From contig JACPJX010000018.1 in assembly GCA_016187365.1 (NCBI GenBank), forward strand, positions 1-34,326: a DNA stretch of 34,326 nt, in the 5' to 3' direction. The translations under genes and the position numbers were made by a program. Numbering within the stretch: position 1 is the stretch's first letter; each line of letters opens with the position of its first letter. The notes under the pieces were generated by a model, which had not been told where the DNA came from, did not search any database, and was given only the letters and a program-made list of their open reading frames with translations. This document shows, one piece after another, positions 1 to 8,204 of this stretch. This DNA is from Candidatus Aenigmatarchaeota archaeon (lineage in GTDB: Archaea; Aenigmatarchaeota; Aenigmatarchaeia; GW2011-AR5).

Positions 1-2
1 AA

Positions 3-215
3 ACCAGTTGGGAAAGAGATAGAGTAGAAAGGGCTGTAAATTATCTTCGTGATAGATGCTTTATACAAATAATCGCTTCATATGGTGGAGGTCTATTTAT
101 TAATGGAATGACTCCAGATGGAATAGATATAATTGAAAATGAAGATAAGTTCAAAACGACCTTTGGTATAAATCTTGGGGTTTTTAGTATTAGTTGGACA
201 AAAGAGAAAAAATAA
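3..215 (+). CDS. 3' end of an ORF truncated by the window edge (C-terminal 70 aa), hypothetical, possibly a winged-helix-like tail
   Basis: Frame 3 is open from the window edge to TAA at 213-215 (TSWERDRVERAVNYLRDRCFIQIIASYGGGLFINGMTPDGIDIIENEDKF...). It is absent from the ORF track because it has no start codon inside the window. It lies in low-GC DNA. Confidence 0.35.
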   Translation, partial: TSWERDRVERAVNYLRDRCFIQIIASYGGGLFINGMTPDGIDIIENEDKFKTTFGINLGVFSISWTKEKK

Positions 216-306
216 CAACAAGAATTTAACAAAATGTCACTTTTAAGTCATTTCAACGGCATATTTAACAGAGCAAGCAGGATTTTTATTCTTACAAATA
301 GAAGTA

Positions 307-513
307 ATGAAGGGTTTGATGCCAGAATTGCATGAGAAAATGTCTTCTTGGTATGCTTTGCGAAGGGACGGCCGGATTATATGCTATCGTAATATGGCGT
401 ATGTTTCAGCAATGGCTGAATCGGAAAGAAACGGCAATCACGGCCATTATTGGACAAAGGAGTTTGAGCGCCTCAGGATGTTGATAGAAAAAGGAGTTTT
501 GGTAAAGGTTTAG
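307..513 (+). CDS. hypothetical small protein (68 aa)
   Basis: ATG ORF from the track with no recognisable motif. It is convergent with rpl11 and overlaps it by 4 nt. Confidence 0.3.
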   Translation: MKGLMPELHEKMSSWYALRRDGRIICYRNMAYVSAMAESERNGNHGHYWTKEFERLRMLIEKGVLVKV

Positions 514-977
514 ACTTTTATCTTTCCTTCGTCGATTTCTTTTATAATTTCCCTCGGGTCCCGGCCCTCGATAGTGACGCCGCAGCTCAGGCACGTCCCC
601 AGAACCTGCTTTATCTTCGCCTTCCTGTCGCCGCTGATTGAGTCCTTGCTGTCGGCAATCTTCATTATCGAATCCATTTTCATGTCGCCTGCCATTTTCC
701 TCGTCTTGTCCTCGTTTATTGTGGCGAGTTTCTGGACGCCCAGTTCCTTTTTGAGCATGGCGCTGACAGGCGGCGTCCCGACGCTTATCTCCACGCCTGT
801 TGTTTCCGTGTTTATGGAAATCTTGACAGGGACCTGCATGCCGTTGAAGTTCTTTGTCTTGTCGTTTATCTGCTTGACCACGTCAGCGACGTTGAGTTTG
901 TGCTGGGACAGGGCAGGGCCTATCGGCGGTGCCGCAGTGGCCTTTCCCCCCTCAACAAGGATGTCTATGGTTTCCAT
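510..977 (-). CDS. rpl11: 50S ribosomal protein uL11
   Basis: The translation shows the typical archaeal L11 pattern (VEGGKATAAPPIGPALSQHKLNV...VGTPPVSAMLKKE). It sits in the conserved position downstream of spt5/nusG. Confidence 0.95.
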   Translation of the reverse strand: METIDILVEGGKATAAPPIGPALSQHKLNVADVVKQINDKTKNFNGMQVPVKISINTETTGVEISVGTPPVSAMLKKELGVQKLATINEDKTRKMAGDMKMDSIMKIADSKDSISGDRKAKIKQVLGTCLSCGVTIEGRDPREIIKEIDEGKIKV

Positions 978-1421
978 TTACTGCACCTTCTTTTTTTCAT
1001 GCATCCTTACCGAATTCACGGATATGGTGACCGGTATAGGTATGGCCGCTTCCAGAAGTTCCACGGTTATCTCGTTCTTCGTCTCGTCAACCCTCGTTAT
1101 CTTCGCGTGCTCGCCCTTGAAAGGCGACCCGACGATTTCGACGACGTCGTCGACCTCGAACTTCACTTCACTCTTTTCGGCTATCATGAATCTTTCTATG
1201 TCGTCTATCTTGACCGCCTTGCTTATCAGGCCCCTCACATGCGGGACATTCTTGATGAGATTTTCTATGTCGTCCTGTTCGCCCTCAACGAATATGTAGC
1301 CTCTCAGGTCTTCCGGATGTATGATTGATTTTATCGGAAGGCTGTGGCTCTTTATCTTTGTGGTGAGAGAGTCTATCACGACATTTTCCCTTCCGGTCGT
1401 GGTTCTTATCGTGAGCATCAT
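978..1421 (-). CDS. spt5: transcription elongation factor Spt5/NusG
   Basis: The protein has an NGN domain plus a KOW motif (VDDVVEIVGSPFKGEHAKITRVD). The gene is contiguous with rpl11 (no intervening nucleotides) in conserved secE-nusG-L11 synteny. Confidence 0.9.
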   Translation of the reverse strand: MMLTIRTTTGRENVVIDSLTTKIKSHSLPIKSIIHPEDLRGYIFVEGEQDDIENLIKNVPHVRGLISKAVKIDDIERFMIAEKSEVKFEVDDVVEIVGSPFKGEHAKITRVDETKNEITVELLEAAIPIPVTISVNSVRMHEKKKVQ

Positions 1422-1423
1422 GT

Positions 1424-1594
1424 TTACAGGCCGCCGATCAGGTTGAATATGATGAATATAGAGAATCCTATTATCCCTATGATGACAAACCCGAGGCCTG
1501 TTATCTTGGCAGATTGCCTGTACTCGGTCTTGTCCGGCTTGCTGGCTATCAGCAGTATCCTCCTTATTTTCTCTATCGTGTTTTTTAACAACAT
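1424..1594 (-). CDS. secE: preprotein translocase subunit SecE / Sec61-gamma (56 aa)
   Basis: Hand translation of the minus strand gives MLLKNTIEKIRRILLIASKPDKTEYRQSAKITGLGFVIIGIIGFSIFIIFNLIGGL*. It has one C-terminal TM helix and the KP..EY motif. It lies between ftsZ and spt5 as in many archaea, and it is below the 60-aa cutoff of the ORF track. Confidence 0.7.
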   Translation of the reverse strand: MLLKNTIEKIRRILLIASKPDKTEYRQSAKITGLGFVIIGIIGFSIFIIFNLIGGL

Positions 1595-1672
1595 AGCATC
1601 ACCGCAGAAGAATATATTTATGATGCAAAGGCTTAAAAACGTCGGATTGAGCGGACATATTGGGGATACTTA

Positions 1673-2752
1673 TTATCTGTCGATGAAGTCTATGCCGAAC
1701 ATCTTCTCGACGTCACGCCGTTTCTCCCTCGTCTGGGCCTGGACAGCGCCCTTCACTGGCGAGCTGACGCCGGTTATTATGAGCATCGTCCTTATCGAGT
1801 CGCCGAGTTCCTTGACTATCTGCGCCCCCCAGATTATCTTCGCCTCCGGGTTGAGCCTCACGGACACGGACTCGACGATCTTCTGGCATTCCCTTATCGT
1901 TATGTCCGAGCCGCCTGAAACGTTTATGAGAGCGCCCTTGGCGCCGTCGACTTCGATGTCAAGAAGGGGGTTGTTGAGGGCACGCTCCACCGCTTCAACC
2001 GCCCTGTTTTCCGAGTCGCTGTCTCCCATGCCTATCATCGCAAGGCCGCCGTTGCTCATGACAGCCCTTATGTCGGCGAAATCCAGATTCACAAGACCGG
2101 GCCTTGTTATGAGTTCTGTTATTCCCTTCACGGCATTGACAAGTATCTCGTCCGCAACCTTGAAGGCGGTGCTCAGGGAGACGTCAGGTACTATCTCGAG
2201 AAGCTTGTCATTTGGTATTACTATAAGTGTATCCACATTTTTTTCCAGCCTTTCCAGACCGTCTCTGGCATTCTTCATCCTCTGCTTGCCTTCCATCGTG
2301 AAGGGAAGGGTTGCTATGCCTACCGTCAGCGCGCCCTGCTTCTTTGCCAGATCCGCCACTATCGGGGCTGAGCCTGTCCCGGTCCCGCCCCCGAGGCCGC
2401 ATGTCACGAAAACAAGGTCAGCGCCTTCGACGGATTTCTTCAGTTCGTTCTTGCTTTCCTTTGCCGACTCTTCGCCTATCCTCGGGTCCGCGCCGGCGCC
2501 CAGCCCGCCTGTTATTTCCTTCCCTATCAGTATTTTTGTGTCGGCATCTGTGTAAAGCAGGTCCTGGGCGTCGGTGTTTATCGCTATGGTCTCCGCTCCG
2601 ACGATGCCTATCTGCATAAGCCTCGATATCGTGTTGCCGCCGGCCCCGCCAGCGCCCACGACCTTTATCTCGGCCTTCTTCGCCTCGAGAATTTTTCTCA
2701 ATTCCTCATCCGCCGGCGCCGTCCCAACATCCTTAGAACTCAGAATCCCCAT
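1673..2752 (-). CDS. ftsZ: cell division GTPase FtsZ
   Basis: The protein carries the tubulin signature [10 protein letters not shown], the N-terminal motif [12 protein letters not shown] and the T7-loop region NLDFADI. Confidence 0.95.
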   Translation of the reverse strand: MGILSSKDVGTAPADEELRKILEAKKAEIKVVGAGGAGGNTISRLMQIGIVGAETIAINTDAQDLLYTDADTKILIGKEITGGLGAGADPRIGEESAKESKNELKKSVEGADLVFVTCGLGGGTGTGSAPIVADLAKKQGALTVGIATLPFTMEGKQRMKNARDGLERLEKNVDTLIVIPNDKLLEIVPDVSLSTAFKVADEILVNAVKGITELITRPGLVNLDFADIRAVMSNGGLAMIGMGDSDSENRAVEAVERALNNPLLDIEVDGAKGALINVSGGSDITIRECQKIVESVSVRLNPEAKIIWGAQIVKELGDSIRTMLIITGVSSPVKGAVQAQTREKRRDVEKMFGIDFIDR

Positions 2753-2936
2753 TTTATCACTTTTCTATAAATATCCGCCGACATATTTAAAGATTGTAAG
2801 AATTTTTCGGAAAATTTTTTGTAATTTTTTTGCATTACTTTCGTCTCACGATAAAAATTATGAGATGAAATGTGACACAGCGCATTGCGCTATGGATCAC
2901 GTATGCGTTTAAATAGTAGTAGTTGTAGTAGTAATT

Positions 2937-3059
2937 ATGAAGCTCCAGTGCACCCATTGCAGCCATTCATGGACAACAAGGAAAGACAGGATGCCTGTTG
3001 CATGCCCGCACTGCAAGTACAGCACTTACTACCACAAGCCGATAGTGGTGAAGAAATGA
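2937..3059 (+). CDS. small zinc-ribbon protein (40 aa), hypothetical
   Basis: Hand translation gives MKLQCTHCSHSWTTRKDRMPVACPHCKYSTYYHKPIVVKK* with two CxxC pairs. An A/T box (GTTTAAATAG) lies about 23-32 nt upstream of the ATG. The ORF is too short for the ORF track. Confidence 0.45.
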   Translation: MKLQCTHCSHSWTTRKDRMPVACPHCKYSTYYHKPIVVKK

Positions 3060-3320
3060 TTATCGTGGGGTTATTTGATATCCCTTCAGGCGCGCATCAA
3101 ACTCTTCTTTTGTTATGTCGTATTCTTTATTACAGACGCCACACTGAAGTGTCATGACACCATACCGACCGAAAAAACGTTCCATTGCAACAACTACATT
3201 GCAATACAATAATATCTCAGGCGTTTTGCCCCCGTAACGAGTCCCTCTTTCACATCCATCTGTAACCATAACATGCGTTCCGTTCATCATCCCTTCGTTG
3301 AATTCCAAGCGGAGTGCCAT
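3060..3320 (-). CDS. hypothetical protein (86 aa, four Cys)
   Basis: The ORF starts 2 nt after the stop of the FKBP gene on the same strand, which suggests operon coupling. No family was recognised. Confidence 0.45.
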   Translation of the reverse strand: MALRLEFNEGMMNGTHVMVTDGCERGTRYGGKTPEILLYCNVVVAMERFFGRYGVMTLQCGVCNKEYDITKEEFDARLKGYQITPR

Positions 3321-3322
3321 AT

Positions 3323-3958
3323 TTATTTCTTCCCGTAGGTTTCAATGAATTTTACCCTTTCGATGCCTTCTACGTGCCTGATTATCATGTCCGACAGTGT
3401 TTCCTTCATTTTTGCCGGAAGCTTCGCATTTATCTCGGCTTCTTTTTCACCAAGTTTTATGTCGGACTTCACGTCAAAGAAATCCAGCACCGCCCTTATT
3501 TTGTTTTCCGCGCCGTCTATCTTTTCCACAACCTCTATATGATAGAAAAGCTTCTTCCCCGCCAGTGGGTTGTTGAAGTCCACGCGCACGCGGCCGCCTG
3601 AAATGCTCTGGATCCTTCCGCGCATGCTGCCGAAGTCGACTATCATGCCTGGATGCGGCTCATGCTCCTTGAAAACGTTCTTGCTGACGGTTTTTACAAG
3701 GTTTGAATTCCTCTGCCCGAACGCGTCTTCAGGCTCTATTTCAGTGTCTTTTTTGTCGCCCACGTTCATGCCTTCTATGGCTTTGTCAAGGCCGGGTATC
3801 AGCATGTTTGCGCCTATTATGACGGGCATGGGGCCGTATCTGGCCTTTTCGCTGAATACGCCCTCCTTCCTTGCCGCATCGGAGTCGGTTATGTCGAATA
3901 TCTCCCCGCTCTCAAGCCTTCCTGTATAGTTGATTCTTACGAAGTCGCCCTTTTGCAT
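3323..3958 (-). CDS. FKBP-type peptidyl-prolyl cis-trans isomerase (SlyD-like with insert-in-flap and C-terminal domain)
   Basis: The N-terminus GDFVRINYTGRLESGEIFD, the motif IPGLDKAIEGMNVGD and the motif GRVRVDFNHPLAGK-like (GRVRVDFNNPLAGKKL) are typical of archaeal FKBPs. Confidence 0.9.
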   Translation of the reverse strand: MQKGDFVRINYTGRLESGEIFDITDSDAARKEGVFSEKARYGPMPVIIGANMLIPGLDKAIEGMNVGDKKDTEIEPEDAFGQRNSNLVKTVSKNVFKEHEPHPGMIVDFGSMRGRIQSISGGRVRVDFNNPLAGKKLFYHIEVVEKIDGAENKIRAVLDFFDVKSDIKLGEKEAEINAKLPAKMKETLSDMIIRHVEGIERVKFIETYGKK

Positions 3959-4054
3959 TCAGAATGCTATCCTGGTAAAGTATTTAAGTGAAGAGCCTTG
4001 CGGCTGAATTACGGAAAAATTACATTCAATAAATTTAAAGACTAGGAAGAAACA

Positions 4055-4348
4055 ATGATTATGCTTTTCAAGCAGGATGACAACTGGAAAAAGTATCTTG
4101 GAATGGAAGACGAGGAGCATTTGAACGATCTCCTGCGCAAGTCCAGCAGACACAGGGGGGCGTACAAGAATTCCGATGACGTGAAGATGGCGCAGATGTG
4201 GTGCGCCATGCTGGAGATGCGCAAGGAGAACATAATCCTGCAGAAGCGCCTCAGGCGGATGGAAGAATTCTTCGACAGCATACTGGAGAAGCACAGGAAG
4301 CACGAGCGCGAGAAACTGGAGCTTGTGGAAAGTCTGGAGAAGTTCTGA
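4055..4348 (+). CDS. hypothetical coiled-coil protein (97 aa)
   Basis: ATG ORF in an otherwise empty interval. The sequence is charged and helical (…VKMAQMWCAMLEMRKENIILQKRLRRMEEF…). Its stop codon abuts the leuS stop in convergent orientation. Confidence 0.5.
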   Translation: MIMLFKQDDNWKKYLGMEDEEHLNDLLRKSSRHRGAYKNSDDVKMAQMWCAMLEMRKENIILQKRLRRMEEFFDSILEKHRKHEREKLELVESLEKF

Positions 4349-7153
4349 TTATTCCAGCAGTATCCCGAACCTATAAGGAGAAGAGTTTCTGGCCTTCTGG
4401 TGCCCGCTTTTCTCGGCATCCTCTGTCCCGACCTTGAGCCCGGTTTCTTTCTCTATGAACTTTTTCGCCTCTTCAAGAAGCCTGAACTGGTCGTCCCTTG
4501 GGCTCAGGCCTGTTATTTCCCTCGCCTTCGAGTATGATGACTGTATGAATGAAAGGGTCGCCCTGCCGTATCTCCTCGCGTTGCCCTGCATTATTTCCCT
4601 TGTTATATCGTCAAGCGGCTTCTCTTTCTCTTTTATTATCTTGTTCATGGTCTGGAATTTCCAGTTTTCAGCCACGAATATCCTGCATTTCTTCACGTCT
4701 TTGCCGGCCAGTTTCCTTATTTCCTCTATGTCGGAGAGCGTCTGCACCAGCATGGATTCCCATCTTTCCGCGTCTTCATCAAGCATCGTCCTGTCGGCTT
4801 CCGGCCATTTTGCCGTGGATGCAAGGCCTTTCTTTCCCATGGCATGCCTCATCTCTTCCGACAGGTGGGGTATTATGGGGCTCATAAGTTTCACGACTTC
4901 GTCGAGATACTGGAGCACTGTTTTTCTGTCAGGCTCGCATCTCCTGAGATACCACTTCAGGTCGTTTGTCGAGTCGAAAAGGGCGCGCTGGCACGCTGTC
5001 CTGAAGTTCAGGGCGGAATAGGCTTCTGTTGCGCCCTTCTTGTGCTTCTGCAGCCTGCTTAGCAGGTAAGAGTCTATGCTTCTTGCCTTCGTTGCCTTCA
5101 TTTTTTTCAGGGATTTTATGGAACTGAAAAGGAACTCTATCCTGGACCTGTAGGATTTTATGTTCTCGTATCGCCAGTCGGCATCCTCAAGCCCCTCGCT
5201 TGAGCACGCTATGTTGATTCTTGTGAGGTCGGCTCCGTACTGGCTTACGACATCCTTCAGCACGATGAAGTTTCCCTTGGATTTGCTCATTTTCTGGCCC
5301 TCGACGTTGACGTATCCGTTGGTTGATATGCCGGCAGGCCAGAATTTGTTCGGCCACATGGCGGTATGGTGGAATATGTAGAAAGTAAGGTGGTTTTGTA
5401 TGAGGTCCTTTGCGCTGTTCCTCATGTCAACCGGATAGAAATATTCGAACTCATCCCTCATGGAATCAAGAACTTTGGTGGGAATTTTGGAATTTTTTGA
5501 CGCTGTTTTTGCATCGCCTTTCCTGAGAAATACGTAGTCAAAAACCTCGTCTGTGAGGCTTTTCGGCTTTATTTTGTTTTTCTTTATCTGGCTGGCGATT
5601 GTGTAGTAAGCCATGTATATTGTGGAGTCGCTCAGCGTCTCGACTATCCATTCCCTGTCCCACGGAAGCGGCGTCCCGAGCCCGGATTTTCGGGCGCACG
5701 CCTTGTCATTCAGCCAGTTTATGGTATTCTCGAAATTTGCCCTGGCTTCTTCCGGCATTATTCTCATTCCGGAGAGGCATTTCCTCGCCTCGTCTTTCCA
5801 TTTCCCGTCCGAGAATTTCAGGAACCACTGGTTCTCCAGTATCTTGACATGGCACCTTGTAGTGCACCTGCATACCACCTTGTTGCAGTCCCATATCGGC
5901 GCGGCGACGCCTCTGGAAACGAAGTCGTTTGTTATTTTTTCCTTTGCGTCTGAAACTTTCATGCCTGAATACGGGCCGCACTTTTCATTGAGGATTCCGC
6001 TGTGGAATTCCTTTTTGTAGACAGACTTCGTGGCCTCGTCAAGCAGGTCTCCTTGGCTTAGGCTGTTTATCTTCATTCTTGCGCAGGCTTCGACGGCATT
6101 CTCGGAGTCTGAATTTATCAGGACGATGGGCTCGACATCGCTTTTCACCAGCCCGTATTGTTCAAGTTTGTTGCTGTCAATGATTTCCTTCAGCGCTATC
6201 CAGTCGTAGGGCGCGTGGGCCGGAACGCTCATTACGATGCCTGTTGCTGACTCGGGCTCTGCGAAATGCGAGGGCAGTATCGGTATTTCCCTGTTGCTTA
6301 TGATGTCCGTGCATTTCTTTCCGGAAAGGCTGATTTCTTCCAGTTTTTCCACGAACTTTATCTGGTCCTTCAGTTTGTAGAAGCATTCCCTGCTCACTAT
6401 CCATTTCTCGCTCCCGGCCTTTATCTTGAGATATGTGGCATCAGGATTTATCCATATATTCGTAACGCCGTATATCGTCTCCGGCCTCAGGGTTGCGCAT
6501 ATGACGAACGCGTCGTCAATCCTGAATTTCATCCCCGTGTATTCGATGGGGCTTTCGCCCTCACCCTCGAGCCTGTCGTGGTCCCCTGTAGGCGACTGGT
6601 CGTGCGGGCACCATATTACCGGATGGGTGCCCTGGACTACGTAGCCTTTTTTCTTCAGGGTATTGTACTGCCACTCAATGAAGCGGGAGAAATGCGGGCT
6701 GATTGAAGTTGTTATGAAACTTCTTCTCCAGTCAACGGAGTAGCCCATCGCCTTTGAATCTTCCGTGAATTTGTCAGTCCAGAATTTTGCGGCGAATTCC
6801 GGGCCGCGCTTTTTGAAGTCATTCATGTTCTTTTCCGTCGCGCCGAACATCCTGAATGTCTCTATCTGGCTTTTGTCGCCTTTTTTCAGCCTTTCAACGG
6901 CGCCGACTATGGGTTCTCCTGTCGCATGGAATCCTTGCGCAAGCAGCGTGTTGTATCCCTGCATGCGCTTGAACCTTGCATAAACATCCGTGCGCGTATA
7001 GGTGTAGCTGTGGCCTATGTGCATCCTGCCGTTTACATAAGGTATTATAATGGACGTGAAGAATTTCTTTTTCTTCCTGTCGGGATCAGTTTCGAATACC
7101 TTTGATTTTTCCCATACGCGCCGCCATTTTTTTTCTATCTTAAGGAAGTCCAT
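4349..7153 (-). CDS. leuS: leucyl-tRNA synthetase
   Basis: The protein is 934 aa with a class I HIGH motif (NGRMHIGHSYTY), a KMSKS motif (QKMSKSKGN) and a CP1 editing-domain-length insert. Confidence 0.97.
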   Translation of the reverse strand: MDFLKIEKKWRRVWEKSKVFETDPDRKKKKFFTSIIIPYVNGRMHIGHSYTYTRTDVYARFKRMQGYNTLLAQGFHATGEPIVGAVERLKKGDKSQIETFRMFGATEKNMNDFKKRGPEFAAKFWTDKFTEDSKAMGYSVDWRRSFITTSISPHFSRFIEWQYNTLKKKGYVVQGTHPVIWCPHDQSPTGDHDRLEGEGESPIEYTGMKFRIDDAFVICATLRPETIYGVTNIWINPDATYLKIKAGSEKWIVSRECFYKLKDQIKFVEKLEEISLSGKKCTDIISNREIPILPSHFAEPESATGIVMSVPAHAPYDWIALKEIIDSNKLEQYGLVKSDVEPIVLINSDSENAVEACARMKINSLSQGDLLDEATKSVYKKEFHSGILNEKCGPYSGMKVSDAKEKITNDFVSRGVAAPIWDCNKVVCRCTTRCHVKILENQWFLKFSDGKWKDEARKCLSGMRIMPEEARANFENTINWLNDKACARKSGLGTPLPWDREWIVETLSDSTIYMAYYTIASQIKKNKIKPKSLTDEVFDYVFLRKGDAKTASKNSKIPTKVLDSMRDEFEYFYPVDMRNSAKDLIQNHLTFYIFHHTAMWPNKFWPAGISTNGYVNVEGQKMSKSKGNFIVLKDVVSQYGADLTRINIACSSEGLEDADWRYENIKSYRSRIEFLFSSIKSLKKMKATKARSIDSYLLSRLQKHKKGATEAYSALNFRTACQRALFDSTNDLKWYLRRCEPDRKTVLQYLDEVVKLMSPIIPHLSEEMRHAMGKKGLASTAKWPEADRTMLDEDAERWESMLVQTLSDIEEIRKLAGKDVKKCRIFVAENWKFQTMNKIIKEKEKPLDDITREIMQGNARRYGRATLSFIQSSYSKAREITGLSPRDDQFRLLEEAKKFIEKETGLKVGTEDAEKSGHQKARNSSPYRFGILLE

Positions 7154-7197
7154 AATCTATCACGGATATTATTCTTCATTTCTGTTAATATTAAAAA

Positions 7198-7347
7198 TGG
7201 GCGCGACGGGATTCGAACCCGCGACCCCTTGCTTACTCCCCTTTGCTGTGCAAAGTCGAGCGCCATTCTACAAAGGTAGAAGGCAAGTGCTACGGACCCG
7301 TAAAGCTGCTTTGCAGCTTTGGCCTATCCAAGCTGAGCTACGCGCCC
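7198..7347 (-). tRNA. tRNA-Arg(UCU) with two introns (D-arm about 32 nt; canonical 37/38 about 43 nt)
   Basis: The minus strand reads GGGCGCG-TA-GCTC-AGCTTGGATA-G[GCCAAAGCTGCAAAGCAGCTTTACGGGTCCGT]AGC-A-CTTGC-CTTCTA[CCTTTGTAGAA...GGGGAGTA]A-GCAAG-GGGTC-GCGGG-TTCGAAT-CCCGT-CGCGCCC-A. The intron pairs with the anticodon loop (TTCTAC/GTAGAA). Confidence 0.8.
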
Positions 7348-7410
7348 TTCATGTTTAATAATTGTGGCAAGCTTTTAAACAACTGGGAGGATATTATCTT
7401 CAGGTGTGGC

Positions 7411-8163
7411 ATGACAAGAATAATCGCATGCGTTTCCGGGAAGGGTGGCGTCGGCAAAACGACCATTGTTTCCAACCTGGGGGTCGCCCTGGCGGCTCTG
7501 GGGAAGAACGTGATAGTTGTGGATACGAACCTCACGACGCCAAATCTTGGGATACACTTCGGGATGCCCCTTTATCCCACGACCATTCATGATGTCCTCA
7601 AGGGCACGGCCTCGATAAGGGACGCCATATACCACCATGACAGCGGCGTGAAGATAGTACCCGCAGGCCTGTCCTTGCGCGACCTTCGCGGTGTCGACTC
7701 AAAGGACCTTCCAAATGTACTGCTGGATCTTCTGGGCTCTGCCGATATGGTTCTTCTGGATTCATCTGCGGGGCTCGGGAAGGAAACGCTTTCAAGCATC
7801 GAGGCCGCCGATGAAATGATGGTGATAACCAGCCCTGAACTGACGTCAGTTGCCGACGCCCTCAAGGCGTCAAAACTGGCCCAGCAGCTTGGAACAAAGG
7901 TGATTGGCGCCGCGATAAACAGGGTCTCCGGCAAGCCCCATGAAATGCGGACGGAGGATGTGCAGAACATGCTCGGGGACGCTGAAATACTTGCAAAAAT
8001 CCCGGAGCATATAGATGTCCAGAAGGCCATAGCAAAAAGGAATCCTGTCGTCCTCAGTGCGCCGAATTCCCCGGCAAGCAGGGAAATCAGGAAACTCGCC
8101 GGCCGCATAGCCGGCATAGAAAACACTGAAAAACTTCCTTGGTACAGGTTTCTTTTCAGGTGA
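7411..8163 (+). CDS. minD: MinD/ParA-family (SIMIBI) ATPase
   Basis: The protein starts MTRIIACVSGKGGVGKTT, which contains the deviant Walker A motif. The upstream part of the track ORF (7243-7410) overlaps the tRNA-Arg gene, so the start was moved to ATG 7411. Confidence 0.85.
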   Translation: MTRIIACVSGKGGVGKTTIVSNLGVALAALGKNVIVVDTNLTTPNLGIHFGMPLYPTTIHDVLKGTASIRDAIYHHDSGVKIVPAGLSLRDLRGVDSKDLPNVLLDLLGSADMVLLDSSAGLGKETLSSIEAADEMMVITSPELTSVADALKASKLAQQLGTKVIGAAINRVSGKPHEMRTEDVQNMLGDAEILAKIPEHIDVQKAIAKRNPVVLSAPNSPASREIRKLAGRIAGIENTEKLPWYRFLFR

Positions 8164-8204
8164 TGCGATGCCGAAAAAAAGGAAAAGGAAAGGTCATGAT
8201 GACA

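Noticed and set aside
574-2555. Long plus-strand ORFs (574-1299, 900-1328, 1344-2555) opposite rpl11, spt5 and ftsZ
   Set aside because: They are shadow frames of genes with unmistakable family signatures on the minus strand. Their translations are Ser/Leu/Pro/Phe-rich low-complexity sequence with no motifs. The same reasoning applies to the other antisense ORFs in the track, e.g. 4434-5021, 7587-8126, 9466-9909, 16429-16989, 23231-23839, 26377-27102 and 27102-28059.
2911-2935. Short AGT/TAG microsatellite-like run upstream of the zinc-ribbon ORF
   Set aside because: It has only a few imperfect units and is probably just AT-rich promoter sequence.
7243-7410. N-terminal 56 aa of the track ORF for the MinD-like gene
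   Set aside because: This stretch is the reverse complement of the tRNA-Arg gene and its introns. The Walker A motif begins right after Met57, so the start was moved to 7411.
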